Source of the DNA: Squalus acanthias
Lineage: Eukaryota
Length of the DNA: 64,000 bases
Direction: 5' to 3'
NCBI GenBank assembly: GCA_030390025.1
Contig: CM059432.1
Location: forward strand, 107,758,001-107,822,000
Shown in pieces: positions 51,714 through 63,139 of this stretch (the stretch's first letter is position 1; every line of letters starts with the position of its first letter). The position numbers and the translations under genes are program-made. The notes below the pieces were generated by a model, which was given only the letters and a program-made list of their open reading frames with translations, ran no database searches and was not told the origin of the DNA.

Positions 51714-52059
51714 TCACTAAAAAAACAAATTATCTGGTCATTATCACATTGCTGTTTGTGGGATCTTGCTGTGCACAAATTGGCTGCCACTTTTCCTATA
51801 TTACAACAGTGACTACACTTCAAATTTACTTCATTGGTTGTGAAGCGCGTTGGGACGTCCTGAGGTCATGAAATGCACTATATAAATGCAAGTCTTTTTT
51901 TTTAGTGGGTGTATCACAAATAAATGAAAAATGGAAGTGCTGCTCAGAATGGCTCTGGTTACTGTAGCTGGAGGTGACCGAGTTAGTGGCAATGCAGAGG
52001 GTGCTACGGCAGCTCACTTTGGTTGGCAGCTGTTTCAGCTCATCAACTGCACATCCAGA

Positions 52060-52205
52060 CAGCAATCCAAAAGAGAGCACCTCTGGCAGTGCAGCACTCC
52101 ACTGAAATGTCAGCGTAGATTTTGTGCTCAAGTCGCTGGAGTGGGGCTTGAACCCTCAACCTTGTGATTCAGAGGCAAGAGTGCCACCGTTGAGCCATGG
52201 CTCAC
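52060..52205 (-). mobile_element. Deu-SINE-like head fragment
   Basis: Matches 2490-2637. Confidence 0.7.
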
Positions 52206-53294
52206 AATTAACAACCCTCTGTGCAATCACAGACCAAACTTTAAACTCGAGTGACTTCAGCTTAGTGGGGAAAAACTGTATAATCTGAAAACACACACAT
52301 TTAATTTTTGGAGGAGCCATCGTCTGGCGAGTGCTACACTGAGCCATGGCTACCATAATGTTGCCTTAATTTTCTCATTTCCCACATCCATTTTTTTGGC
52401 AACAGCTGCACTCATTTTGGAAGACAGTTATTTCAACTAAACTGAAAATTATTACACTGTCAATCTGTTTCTTCCTGTGAGGAAACTCACAGTCTCACAG
52501 GCAAAAAAAAATGACTAATATTTTATTAAATGCAGACAGGAAGTGCCTGGTAACATGACAGTGAAAACAGATCCCCGAACTTTAGAAATAAGTGATCACT
52601 AAAATGCCAAATGCATGGACTTTGTACCTGAAATTATTCAATGAGCTTGAAGACACCGTGCTATCATTTTTCAATCGGAATGCTTCAGCAATGCGAGGAC
52701 ATAATTATTAACTCCGTAAAATCTCACGTTTGCTTGTCACTTGGTGGATTTGACATTAGGTTTGCCTCTCCTTTGCACTGTATACCCTTAGTGCATAATG
52801 ATGTACATTATTTACAATAGTGAGTGTTCTTTCTTGGTAACTCTTTGCAACAAATAATGTGGAAATATTAGATCTTCTTCTGTAAAAAAATTTGATCTTC
52901 GTGGACTCACATTGTGGAACTGGTCAATTGCAACATACTCTCCCCTAAAGTTAGAAGGGTAACACTTAACATTCCCTTCCCATACTTTTCAGTGCACAAG
53001 CTGGTAAAAGTGGGAGATCTCCGAGCTGGGATTCTCTTCCCGGGGTGGTGGTGGGGGTCAATGGATCGCTCAGAGTTCCAGTGGGACAGGACTCCGAATC
53101 TGCCTCAAATCTGACCCATTTCCCTAGTTCAGGGGTCATTAACTATGCATAGTGGGCTTCCAGCAGCCAAGAGGGAGTCCTCCAATGGGAGGGCAGGAAA
53201 TTGCGACGGTGTTGTAGTGGGGACGGCCAAAAGGGGTGGTGGGGGACTTTAAAAGGGGCGGAGTTTCCCTGAAGCTCGGAGTGCATGTACAACT

Positions 53295-53445
53295 TGATTG
53301 GCACCCCATCCACCACCTTAAACATTCACTCCCTCCACCACTGGCGTACCGTGGCTGCAGTGTGTACCATCTACAAGATGCATTGCAGCAACTCGCCAAG
53401 GCTTCTTCGGCAGCACCTCCCAAACCCGCGACCTCTTCGACCTAG
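53295..53445 (+). mobile_element. Short internal fragment of the 17713-20629 LINE family
   Basis: LIGTPSTTLNIHSLHH..VAAVCTIYKMHCSNSPRLL. Confidence 0.8.
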
Positions 53446-54320
53446 CATTTGGTTATGTACACCCATCAGCCTTCTTCTGTAGCCTGGCCAATCGAAGTCC
53501 TCATCTGACTGCTCTGCAGCAGAACTAGTGAGTGACCTCGTCCTCCAGCGAGCTGGCACCTGCACTATCTTTTCCCCTCGCACTGGCTCCTGCGCACTTG
53601 TGTCTCGCCACTTTGTTGGTTAGATGGTAGTGTTGTAGCTGTACTGGAACAGCTAGAGGCGCGTCTAGTTCTGGAGCACAAGTCTCATGATTAACATGAG
53701 GCCTGGGAATACAAATGGCCTGGGGCTCACATCAGCGAGCCAACGTGAGCCTGATGCTTGCACACTGCCAGCCCCATGCTCGCCCCTCTGACCCAGGCTG
53801 ATAAACCTCGGTATATTCAGATTAGTTCAATTCTGACCCAGACTGTTTAACCTGACCGTATTCTGATTGCATTATCTGATCCATTTGCCCAACCTCCCTG
53901 TAATTATAATTTGCTTTTATATTAGTTTTGTGCAGTGCTGGGACCGCTGGATCCCACCTCAAGTTTCATGTAGCTGATGGCAATCCCAAAAGTAAACCTA
54001 CCGGATTTACCAAGGTCAGTGGGCGGGACTACGTTTTTCCCTCATCCCCCTACGGATTCCACCATTGTATTTCTGTTGTGAAACTCAGGCGTATTATTAC
54101 AAATTACTCAGTTGAGACTGGTTCATTCCAGAATGTTCCAGGGATTTGCCACAGAAACATGAAGCAGCTGCATCTGCAAAGGCCTCAAATGGAGCTGAGA
54201 ATGTCCCAGTTTTATTTGCAATTGAAATCATGTGTATAAAATCAAATGGGTTTGTCTTGATCCTGAAAGAAGCAGCCCACTTGTGGGTTGGAAAGGTCCC
54301 AGTTTACGTGCTGGGAAGTT

Positions 54321-54672
54321 TGTCTGTGTGGAGTTTGCACATTCTCCCCGTGTCTGCGTGGGTTTCCTCCGGGTGCTCCGGTTTCCTCCCACAGTCCAAA
54401 AATGTGCGGGTTAGGTTGATTTGGCTATGATAAATTGACCCTAAGTGTTAGGGGGGGATTAAATATGTGGGGTTATGGGGATAGGATGGGATATGTTAGG
54501 GGGAATTAAATACGTGGGGTTACGGGGGTAGGGTGGGATATGTGTACTGTGGGGATTAAAGCAGGGACAGGGTACTGGATTTGGATGATCAGCCATGATC
54601 GTATTGAATGGTGGAGCAGGCTCGACGGGCCGAAAGGCCTACTCCTGCTCCTAGATTCTATGTTTCTATGTT
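54321..54672 (+). mobile_element. V-SINE (HE1-like), head missing, with CR1-derived tail
   Basis: V-domain gtgtggagtttgcacattctccccgtgtctgcgtgggtttcctccgggtgctccggtttcctccc; tail gggccgaaaggcctactcctgctcc..ttctatgt like the CR1 3' UTR at 57190-57278. Confidence 0.85.
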
Positions 54673-54764
54673 TTAGAGATTATTGTGGAGCAGATGAACA
54701 TTCAAATAAATTTTAATGTTAGCTGTTCTGTTTAAGAATTAAAACTGGGAAACAACTGTTATTT

Positions 54765-55075
54765 ATTTAGCAGCTTATCACGTTCTCAGAACACTTCGCA
54801 GGCAATGAATTACTTTTGTTTCGAAGTCCAGTCACTGTTGTTATGTAGGCAACAATTGTAGCCAACTCCACACAGCAAGGTCCCACAAACAAGAAATGAG
54901 CTCAATGACCTGTTGATCCGTTTTGATGTTAGTTGAGGGATAAATGTTGGCCAGGATACTGGGAGAACTTCCCTGCTCTTCTTCCAATGGTGCGGTGGGG
55001 TCTGTTCCTTCACCTTGAACAGATAGATAGGACTTTGGATTAACATCTCCTCCAAAAAAACAGCACCTCTGACAA
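54765..55075 (-). mobile_element. Degenerate Deu-SINE-like element
   Basis: gttgagggataaatgttggccagga core. Confidence 0.65.
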
Positions 55076-55581
55076 TACATCCAGAGAGATCTGAACGTCC
55101 CTCCATGGTAGCATCTGATTGTTTCTTAAATTATTCCATGGCTTTTGATTCCACGGCCTGAATTTTAATACTTTGGAGGATTGAGAGCGGGGGAGGGTGG
55201 GCTCGGAAGCGGTCGGCAACCCAGCAGAATGGGTTTCTCACAGGCACGCCAGCCTCATTATAATATTTAAATAAGCGACCCGCCTCCTGGGAGCGGGTTG
55301 GCTGCCCGCCCCCCATTCCGCCTCCGTTAAAACTGGAAGTGGGCTGGTTGGAGACCAGGATTAAGATTTTTTAACACTTTAATTTCCCCCTCAATCCACC
55401 CATTTTTGGGGGTTAAAATTCACCCCATTACTCCATCTGGAAGTTTATTCCACACATTGATCATACTTTCTATGAAGAAGAATTGCCTGATATCAGTCTA
55501 AAGTTATCTCTTACTAATTTCAACCCGTGTGCCTTGGTTCTACTCTCACACTTTAATTTAAAGTAATATTCTGGGTTATCT

Positions 55582-56113
55582 TGGAAATACTCAGCAGGTC
55601 AGGCAGCATCTGTAGAGAGAGAAACAGAGTTAACGTTTCAGGTCGATGACCTTTCGTCAGAACTGGAAGACATTAGAAATGTAAACAGTTTGTGAGCAAG
55701 TACAGAGCCACGGAAAGGGGGAAGGGGAGGAAAGAACAAAAGGGAAGGTCTGTGATAGGATGGAAGGCAGGAGCGATTAAATGACAAAAGGCATGATGGT
55801 GCAAGGCTAAAGGGAGTGGTAATGGGACAAGAAAGAAACAAAAGATGGGTCTAGAGGAGGTGTACAAGACAACAACAAATCTGTTACAAACTTCTCTGGG
55901 TTGTTTCTGTAACAAAAGGTATTTTTAAGTGGACAGGTCGTTAGCTTGACTCAACCCCTGACAAGGAGGACTGGTGACTGCCTTTAGTCAGGTTTCTACC
56001 TTTCGACTTGGGGGTGATCCTACCGGGAGTTAAACTCCCGCCAGCGTAGCGCTCAGGGTCACAGGAGTTCACAGGCCTTCCCACCTCGATAAAGGGCAGT
56101 CCCTTTGGGAAGG
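55582..56113 (-). mobile_element. Chimeric element: RTE-like 5' UTR (~55920-56113) + Penelope 3' end with hammerhead
   Basis: Second copy of 38569-39220; minus strand has tgaccctgagcgctacgctggcgggagt..cccggtagg..tcctcc..ggggttg..gctaacgacc, resembling RTE-clade 5' UTRs. Confidence 0.75.
55628..55664 (-). ncRNA. Minimal type I hammerhead ribozyme motif
   Basis: AGTT-CTGACGA-A-AGGTC-ATC-GACCT-GAAAC-GTT-AACT with perfect stems I and II. Confidence 0.85.
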
Positions 56114-56524
56114 GTGACACCTTGGCAGCCACCATGATCCCTTCATTTTGCACCACTCTGCCATGTTTTCATTGGACAGATCACTAGGTACTACTCTATA
56201 ACCTTTCCAAAGTGTCTGTAATTTCTATCCAGAGGGGGAGAAACCAATCAGCAAGAAGATGAAGGCATAGGCCTGAAGCATTGGTGGCAGAGGAAGGATC
56301 AAGGAAGATTGGTGCATCAATCATCGATTGGCAGGATTTTTACTTAACTTTGTAAATGTGACTCTGCATGAGCAGTCCTGTGATATTTGAGGGTGGTATA
56401 GTGGCCCCATCAACAACATGTCCAACATACCTAACCATCCACACTGTCTCTATTATCATACACATTTAAGAGCTCACTGCCCACTTCGTTAGCATGTCCC
56501 TCCTGAAAATAAATCTCCACAATA

Positions 56525-57278
56525 GGTAAGTGTGACGTCATCCATTTTGGATCAAAAAAGGATAGATCTGAGTATTATTTGAATGGTGAAAAGTTAGGAA
56601 CACGGGAGGTCCAAAGAGATTTAGGGGTCCATATACACAGATCACTAAAATGTAGTGGTCAGGTACAAAAAATAATCAAAAAGCCTAACGGAATGTTAGC
56701 CTTTATATCTAGAGGGCTAGAATATAAAGGGAAGGAAGTTTTGCTACAGCCAAACAAAGCCCTGCTTAGAGCACATCTGTGTGCAGTTCTGGGCACCGCA
56801 CCTTAGAAAGGATATAATGGCCTTGGAAGGAGTGCAGCGCAGATTCACCAGAATGTTAACAGGGCTCCAAGCGTTAGATTATATGGGGAGATCACACAAA
56901 TCCATGGAATATAGAAGGTTAAGGAGTGATTTGATTGAGGTTTTTAGGACTTTGAAAGGAATTGATCGGGTAGATAGAGAGAAACCTTTTCTGCTTAACC
57001 TTAAAATCAGACCCAGGCCATTCAGAAGAAAAGTTAAGAAACACTTCTTCATGCAAAGGGTGGTAGAAGTGTGGAACTCTTACCCACAAAAAGCAGTAGG
57101 TGCTCGCTCAATTAATCATTTTAAATCTGAGATCGATAGATATTTGCTAGACAAGGGTATTAAGGGATATGGAGCCAAGGTGGGTAAATAGAGTTAGGAT
57201 ACAGATCTGCCATGATCTCATTGAATGACAGAACAGGATCGAGAGATTGAATGGCCTGCACCTGTTCTTATGTTCCTG
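56525..57278 (+). mobile_element. CR1 3' fragment
   Basis: QRDLGVHIH, QFWAPHLRKD, WNSYPQKAV and 3' UTR. Confidence 0.85.
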
Positions 57279-58764
57279 ATACATTGAAAATGAGGTGCAA
57301 CCAGTTTATTTCCCATTTATGGTTCAGTGTATGTGTTCTTACTGATTGCTTCACTGGTGCCAGAGCCAGTTTCTGAATCATTGGGCCCCTGCACACCAAG
57401 AACATTTGGAACCCCTCCATGCCCCACCACCCTGTTTTACCAGGGACCTCATATTTGCATGGGGCCACTGGGCATGGGCCTTTTAGGCCCGTGTGTTAAT
57501 CCGCTTGCCTTTAGTGAGATCGTGTGGCATGTAGCAACTTCTCCTGACTTTTGTGCTCCTTCTAAGTGCGGCCCCAGTCAGAGGAATAAGTTGGCAGCTG
57601 CTGCTCCTGAATGGGAGCCCCTTGACACAGCTGTACCTCTTGAGCAGGCTCATTGGGAATTCAGGCATGCAGTGCCCACAGTTTCCAATCCGTTCATTTG
57701 CAAAACTGTGGGCCGTCTTTGCCCGAATTCCTGATGTGGCCTCCCAGCCGCCGATGCTTCTCAGTGGGTGTGTGAACTTGAAAAACGACCTCCATGGGAC
57801 TGGTCGCAGATTAAACAGTTTAAGGCATCATGAAATGGTGGCATTAAACTAAAGTTTACACAATTTGATCCCGACCAGCAGCTAAGTGTTTAAGGCTCTG
57901 AATTTCTCCGGGCTTTCTGTAGCTGCGCCGGCTTAACTCCGTTGGGAGTGCAGCCGAACCCCATTCCACCACACTCCCGACTAAGTTACAGCAGCACAGC
58001 GACAGAAAGTCTGAAGAAATTCAGGGTCAATAGCCCCGATTTTAACTCATGATGCGAGTGGGGCCTGTGGGGCGGGGGCAGGGTGATGAGGGGCCGTGGC
58101 GAGCGGCAAGCTCTCATGGTCGCGTTGCGTGAGCTCCGGAGAGATTTGAACTTCCATCTAGCGGAAAGCCGGAGGAAATTCAGGACCTTAAACACTTAGC
58201 TGCTGGTTAGGTTCAGATTTAAAATCTTGCCACCCATGTTGGATGTCCAACTCCCGCCCGAACACATCAGGAATTGCTAACTGGCCGGTGGGCTGGAGCA
58301 GGATTTTGGATGGCAGGAGGCTGCCAGGGAATTGAGGGAACAGTCCCCAGCACTAAGGTATGCGTTTGACGGGGGGAGGTCTGGAGAGGATCGTGGTTGG
58401 GGGAGGGCTGGTGAAGCGCAGGGCAGGGAAGGCCCAAAGATTACTCGTGGGGCTGGGAGGAGCACTCTTCCGATTTCCCCCCGACCTCCCTCCTGAGGCA
58501 TCCAAGCTCCTCCCACAAGACCTCCAATCCCCCTTCTGTCCCCGATCCTCCTCAGGCTGCTGACCACCACCCCCGCTCCCTCCCTCCCTCCTCACTGTGG
58601 CCTAATGCCACTGGCCTACCCACCCGACAGCCAGCCAGCCTCTCCATCTGTCTGGCTGCAGGCGGGAAACAGAGCATTGAAATGATAATCAGGCCCTGCC
58701 ATTAACCTTCTGACTCAGAGGCAAGAGGGCCATCATCGAACTAAGGCTGGCACAAAGTATTATT

Positions 58765-59428
58765 AAATTTGGTCGCTTTGCACCTCCCGTTAGCGCCCTA
58801 AGAGGGCGCTTAGGGGGCGCAAAGCAACTAGCGCCTGGGCGCGGTGCCGCCAACGCCTCCTGCGAAATTCAGTGGGAGGTTAGCGGCAGCAGTAACCGTT
58901 AGCGCCCCTACACTATGTCCGACGGGGTCAGGGGGGCCTACCTGCGGCCATGGCAGCGCAAATTAAAGGGGAGGTGCCGGGCGGCCATTTTGTTGCTGGT
59001 CGCCTGCCAGCACCTGCCCCCTCTGTCGCCCCTGGCCTCCTCTGCAGCCCCCCGCGGAGTGCCGGCTGCGCGCCGTGAGCCCGGCACTTCTCTTGAGTGC
59101 CGGGCTCTTTTGCCAGCACTCTGATCCCTGGTGGCCCAGCTGGGCCCTGGGTCGCGCTGCGCTGGGCCCCTCCCCTTTAATAAGGGGAGGAAGGCCTGCA
59201 GTACCGTGGCACAAGATGCCGCAGAGCATGGCGCTGGGGCACGTAGCGACACGATATTCACTCGCAGCGCCCCAAGAGGGAGGCGGGGCATTTCCAGTAG
59301 CACCCCACCTCCCACTTGGGGCGCTACCGGTGAATTTCAGCCGCAGGGGTGCTAACTTTTTCGTGGCGCTAAAAGTAGCGCCCCGGCGAAGTTAGCACCC
59401 CAAAGGGGGCGCGACTCAATTTTTCCCC
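58765..59428. mobile_element. GC-rich Harbinger-like non-autonomous element
   Basis: Left end matches 10890-10970; right end caatttttcccc. Confidence 0.65.
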
Positions 59429-60359
59429 ATCTTAAATGGAGAACAGAATTACCAACAGCTCAAAGTCTCCCTTAATTTCTTACCAAAGTATAAAACAATT
59501 GTCACAAGATATAGGACTGCAGTTTGTTTGAAGCCCCTGGCTTTAGTCTTTGTTAATTATCTCAGTAATTACAGTTAGTGAGATCTGAATACCTGTAATT
59601 GGTTTCATGGGACGTATGGAGCTTTTAACTGGTTTTTAGAAGGCATCCAATTAATTTCAGCATAGTTTCCCTTCCACATTTCTCATGACTGCAGTATTGC
59701 ACTCGATACTCAGTTTAGTTGTTCCCACCATACACAGGCTGGTGATGAAATTTTGAATGATCTTTTCTCAAGAGTCCTTCTGGTTGAAATCAATACCAGA
59801 GGTCTGCAAGCTGGCTCTAGAAGCTCAGATCTTCTCATGTGGAGGAAGTAAATAAGGTGAAAATAGCGAGTGGCCGATTCACAATGTCAGTTTAACGCCC
59901 GGGCGGAAGGTTGAAAATCTACCGTGTCTGTTCTAGTCCATCGCAAACCATTTTGGTGCAAACTGCACCAGAAAATGTAGGATACTGTTACTAAAGAACT
60001 CCTGCTTATGTATCTGCCCAGATAGTCTGCTGCTGTGGAATTAGGGCGCATCTTCAGCGTGGCGGGACTTCCACCCATCTCCTTGGCCCCCGATGATTAT
60101 CTAGTCATTAACATAATTAGCATAAGTATGATGGCTCCACCAAAGAGTCCAAGGAAGGAGCATGGAAGAGTGTTGTGTTGCTGGAGGACTCTCTGGTGGC
60201 ACAAGATGGGTCCCCAATTTTTTTTTAAATTAGACGCAAAAAGTGCTTAAACCTATGCAACTGATTGCATTGGTTTTTGGATTCTATAAAAAGCCCTCTG
60301 CTGCCCATAGCAAACCTGGGCACTGAGAACAAACAAGGATTTCTGGCATCTGACAATCC

Positions 60360-60470
60360 AGCGCTCCCTCAGTACTGCACTGCATTATGTGCTCAAGTAC
60401 CTGGAGTGGGGCGTGGACCCCTGTCCTTCTAGCTCAGAGGAATAAGTGCTACCACGGAGTCAAGCCGATA
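60360..60470 (-). mobile_element. Deu-SINE-like head fragment
   Basis: Reverse complement of ~60570-60690. Confidence 0.65.
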
Positions 60471-60565
60471 CGTTAAACCTGTAGCCACCCTGACTACACT
60501 ACTGATGTCTGTTGTTTATAGTTAAATCAAGTCCTGCTCAAAACATGGGTGCATGATGTCTAAAG

Positions 60566-60927
60566 TGTTAGCCTGGGCTCAGTTGGTAGCACTCTTACCT
60601 CTGAGTCAGAAGGCTATGGGTTCAAGCCCCATTCTAGAGACTTGAGCACATAATCTAGGCTGACACTTCAGTGCAGTACTGAGGGAATGCTGTACTGTCG
60701 GAGGTGCCAGCTTTCAGATGAGATGTTGAACTGAGACGCTGTCTGCCCTCTAAGATGGACGTTAAAGATTTCATGGCACTATTTCGAATAAGGTCATTTA
60801 TCTCATTGCTGTTTGTGAGACCTTGCTGTGCACAAATTGGTTGTCGATTTCCCTACATTCTAATAGTGAATATACTTCATTGGTTGTAAAGCACTGTGGG
60901 ACTTTCTGAGGTTGTGAAAGACGCTAT
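60566..60927 (+). mobile_element. Deu-SINE-like element with tRNA-derived head
   Basis: ggctcagttgg A box, ggttcaagcc B box, core and tail; cut at its 3' end by the following MITE. Confidence 0.8.
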
Positions 60928-61683
60928 GGAGGAGAAATTCCCCATGAGGGACATTTGGGGCGCTAAGTGAAAAATATTTGGAAAGTTAGTGCCAGGCGCT
61001 AACCTGATCAAACATTTGTTAAATTCCCTCTTTTTGCTCCAAGAGGGAAGTGGAGCTCTAAATCAAGCGCTCCACTTGCCTCTTGGAGCACAAGAGGCAG
61101 GGAATGTCCCGATCCGTGGCCACGCATGGTGCTGCCAGCATTGCAGGGGCTCTTCCCTGCATTAAAGGGAAGGGCCTCATGCTGCAAGCTCTGCAGGTTT
61201 CATTGTAGGTTTCTGGGCCACTGGGGAGCGGGTGTGCTGTGCGATCAGCCCGGCACTCAAGCAGAGTGCCAGGCTGAGTGATTGTGGCACAGACGCCGCG
61301 ACCGGTGGCCGAAAATATATATTTTTTTAAATCGGCTTCTTTTTTTCGCTGGCTGCCCACCGCACCTTTAAGTTGCGCCCTGTGAGTGGCCGGACTCACT
61401 GTTCGCGACCCCTGCAGCAGTTGGTAACATCGCCCGGCGCAGAGATGACGTCATGATCTCCGGGCGTAGAGATGACGTCATGATCTCCGTGCGTAGAGAT
61501 GACGTCATGATCTCCGGGCGCAGAAGCTCGGGGCAATATCCGGTAGCGCTGCCGCTAACCTCCCGCAGAATTTCGCAGGTAGCGCGGTTATCGCCTTGGC
61601 GGGGGCGGGGGGCGGGGGGGGAAGCCATTTGTTCCCCGCTAGTGCCTCTCACCGGAGATGCAAACGAGGGGAATTTTGCCCCC
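60928..61683. mobile_element. GC-rich Harbinger-like non-autonomous element
   Basis: TIRs ggaggagaaattcccc / ggggaattttgccccc; internal similarity to 58960-59230 in reverse complement. Confidence 0.7.
61441..61521. repeat. 3 x 27-bp tandem repeat, each with a perfect CRE palindrome
   Basis: agagatgacgtcatgatctccg(g/t)gcg; TGACGTCA at 61446, 61473, 61500. Confidence 0.9.
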
Positions 61684-63139
61684 TATATACCTATGTCTAT
61701 TTTCTGAGTCCTTTTTTCAGTTCTTGTGATAATTAAACTTGATCAACCTACAGTGGCAAATTAAAGGTGTTTTTAATCACATTCAGCTGTGCCTAATTGA
61801 GATAGATGGAGAGAGAGAGACAGAGAGAGAGAGATTGTAAAGGAAGGAATAAAACAAATGTTGAAACACAACGCAGAACATCCATTAGAACCGGTCAGAT
61901 TCATACTGGAAAGTCAAAGCAACTAATCCTCCTGCTTTGGGTAACTTCACATTCCCTCTGCCCACCCACCACCACTCTACGATAGCGACTCTTCTTTCAG
62001 GTACTGTGCCCCTTCGCTCAGGAGCTTCCCCCCCACCCCCTCCCAAACTCCTCTGATTCCACACCTTCCTCCATACTTTCAAAAGGCATCCTAAAACACT
62101 GCTCGCCCAATTGGGCTTTCCACCCACATCCCCCCACCCCTCCCCCGCCACAGTTCTTTTTCCTCATCTCCCTCCTATTTGATGTCCACCTTGTTCCCTC
62201 TGCCCTTTACAGCACTCTAAGAAGTTTCTCTGTATGCGAGCGACACCGTGGAAATGCAGTTACTGCTATAATTCTTCCACCTTTAATTTTCTCTAACAGT
62301 AAAAACAAAGGTGGCCAATTCCAATAAATAAAATATTATTTTGTATTTGATGAACTCACTTGTCAAAAGTTGAAGTCCAAAATAAGAACCTTTTTGTAAC
62401 TGTGACCAATTACAGCTCCGGTGAACTGATTAGTGTCGATCTCTGGCTCAGTGAATGATGGATTGTTCCAGAAAGACAGGGACCTAGTCACACCTCAGGA
62501 GAGAAGCAGGTGAAAAAGGCAGCACTGTAACTGTTGACTGGGTCACAGAGAAGGGGGTGACCTATAACTCCTGAGGAACATTGTCCTATCAAGCACATCT
62601 GCATAGATCTTTACCAAACTATATGTTACGGGTACGTGGAGAAATTGATTTCGCTTCTCTTCATTCGCAGTATGAATAAAGAAAATACAATGGAAAGTCT
62701 CAGGTCTTTGTGAGCCCGACAAACAGCTTAACTAGAAACAGGAAACTGTTGGAAATATGCAGCAGGTCTGTTAGCATCTGTAAAGACAGGTTAGCATTCT
62801 AGGTATTGATGCTTCGGTAGAACTGCGAATCCTATAGGAAGCTTGTTGTAGTGAAGGATGTGTTATAGAGTCTTTTACAGAACTCCATAGTTAAAGGGTT
62901 ATTAGAACATGGAATACTTTACCTCAAGTGTCAGCTATGGTAGCACTCTTGCCTAGTGGGACTTGAACCCACAATCTTCTGACTCAGAGTTGAGAGTGCT
63001 ACCATTGAGCCACGGCTAGCTGGTTTAGAATGCTGCACTGACTGAATAGGAGGTTGCTGGAACAAAATAAATCAAAATTCAAACATGCAGTCTGTCAGAA
63101 TACTGGACACTCCCCCACCACCTCCGGTTGCAGAGTGAC

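Larger units (their letters stand above)
47082..51902 (+). mobile_element. Deu-SINE-like host split by the Gypsy element and a Penelope pLTR fragment
   Basis: gtaaaagatcccat|Gypsy|ccataacactatttc matches gtaaaagatcccatgatactatttc at ~29962. Confidence 0.8.

Noticed and set aside
55920..56113. Definite HDV-like ribozyme in the RTE-like head
   Set aside because: tcctcc and gctaa motifs are suggestive, but I could not fit the nested double pseudoknot by eye; kept only as a test.
60566..60640. tRNA gene (also 1007-1075, 45035-45095)
   Set aside because: A/B boxes run into a SINE body and the cloverleaf is degenerate; these are SINE heads.
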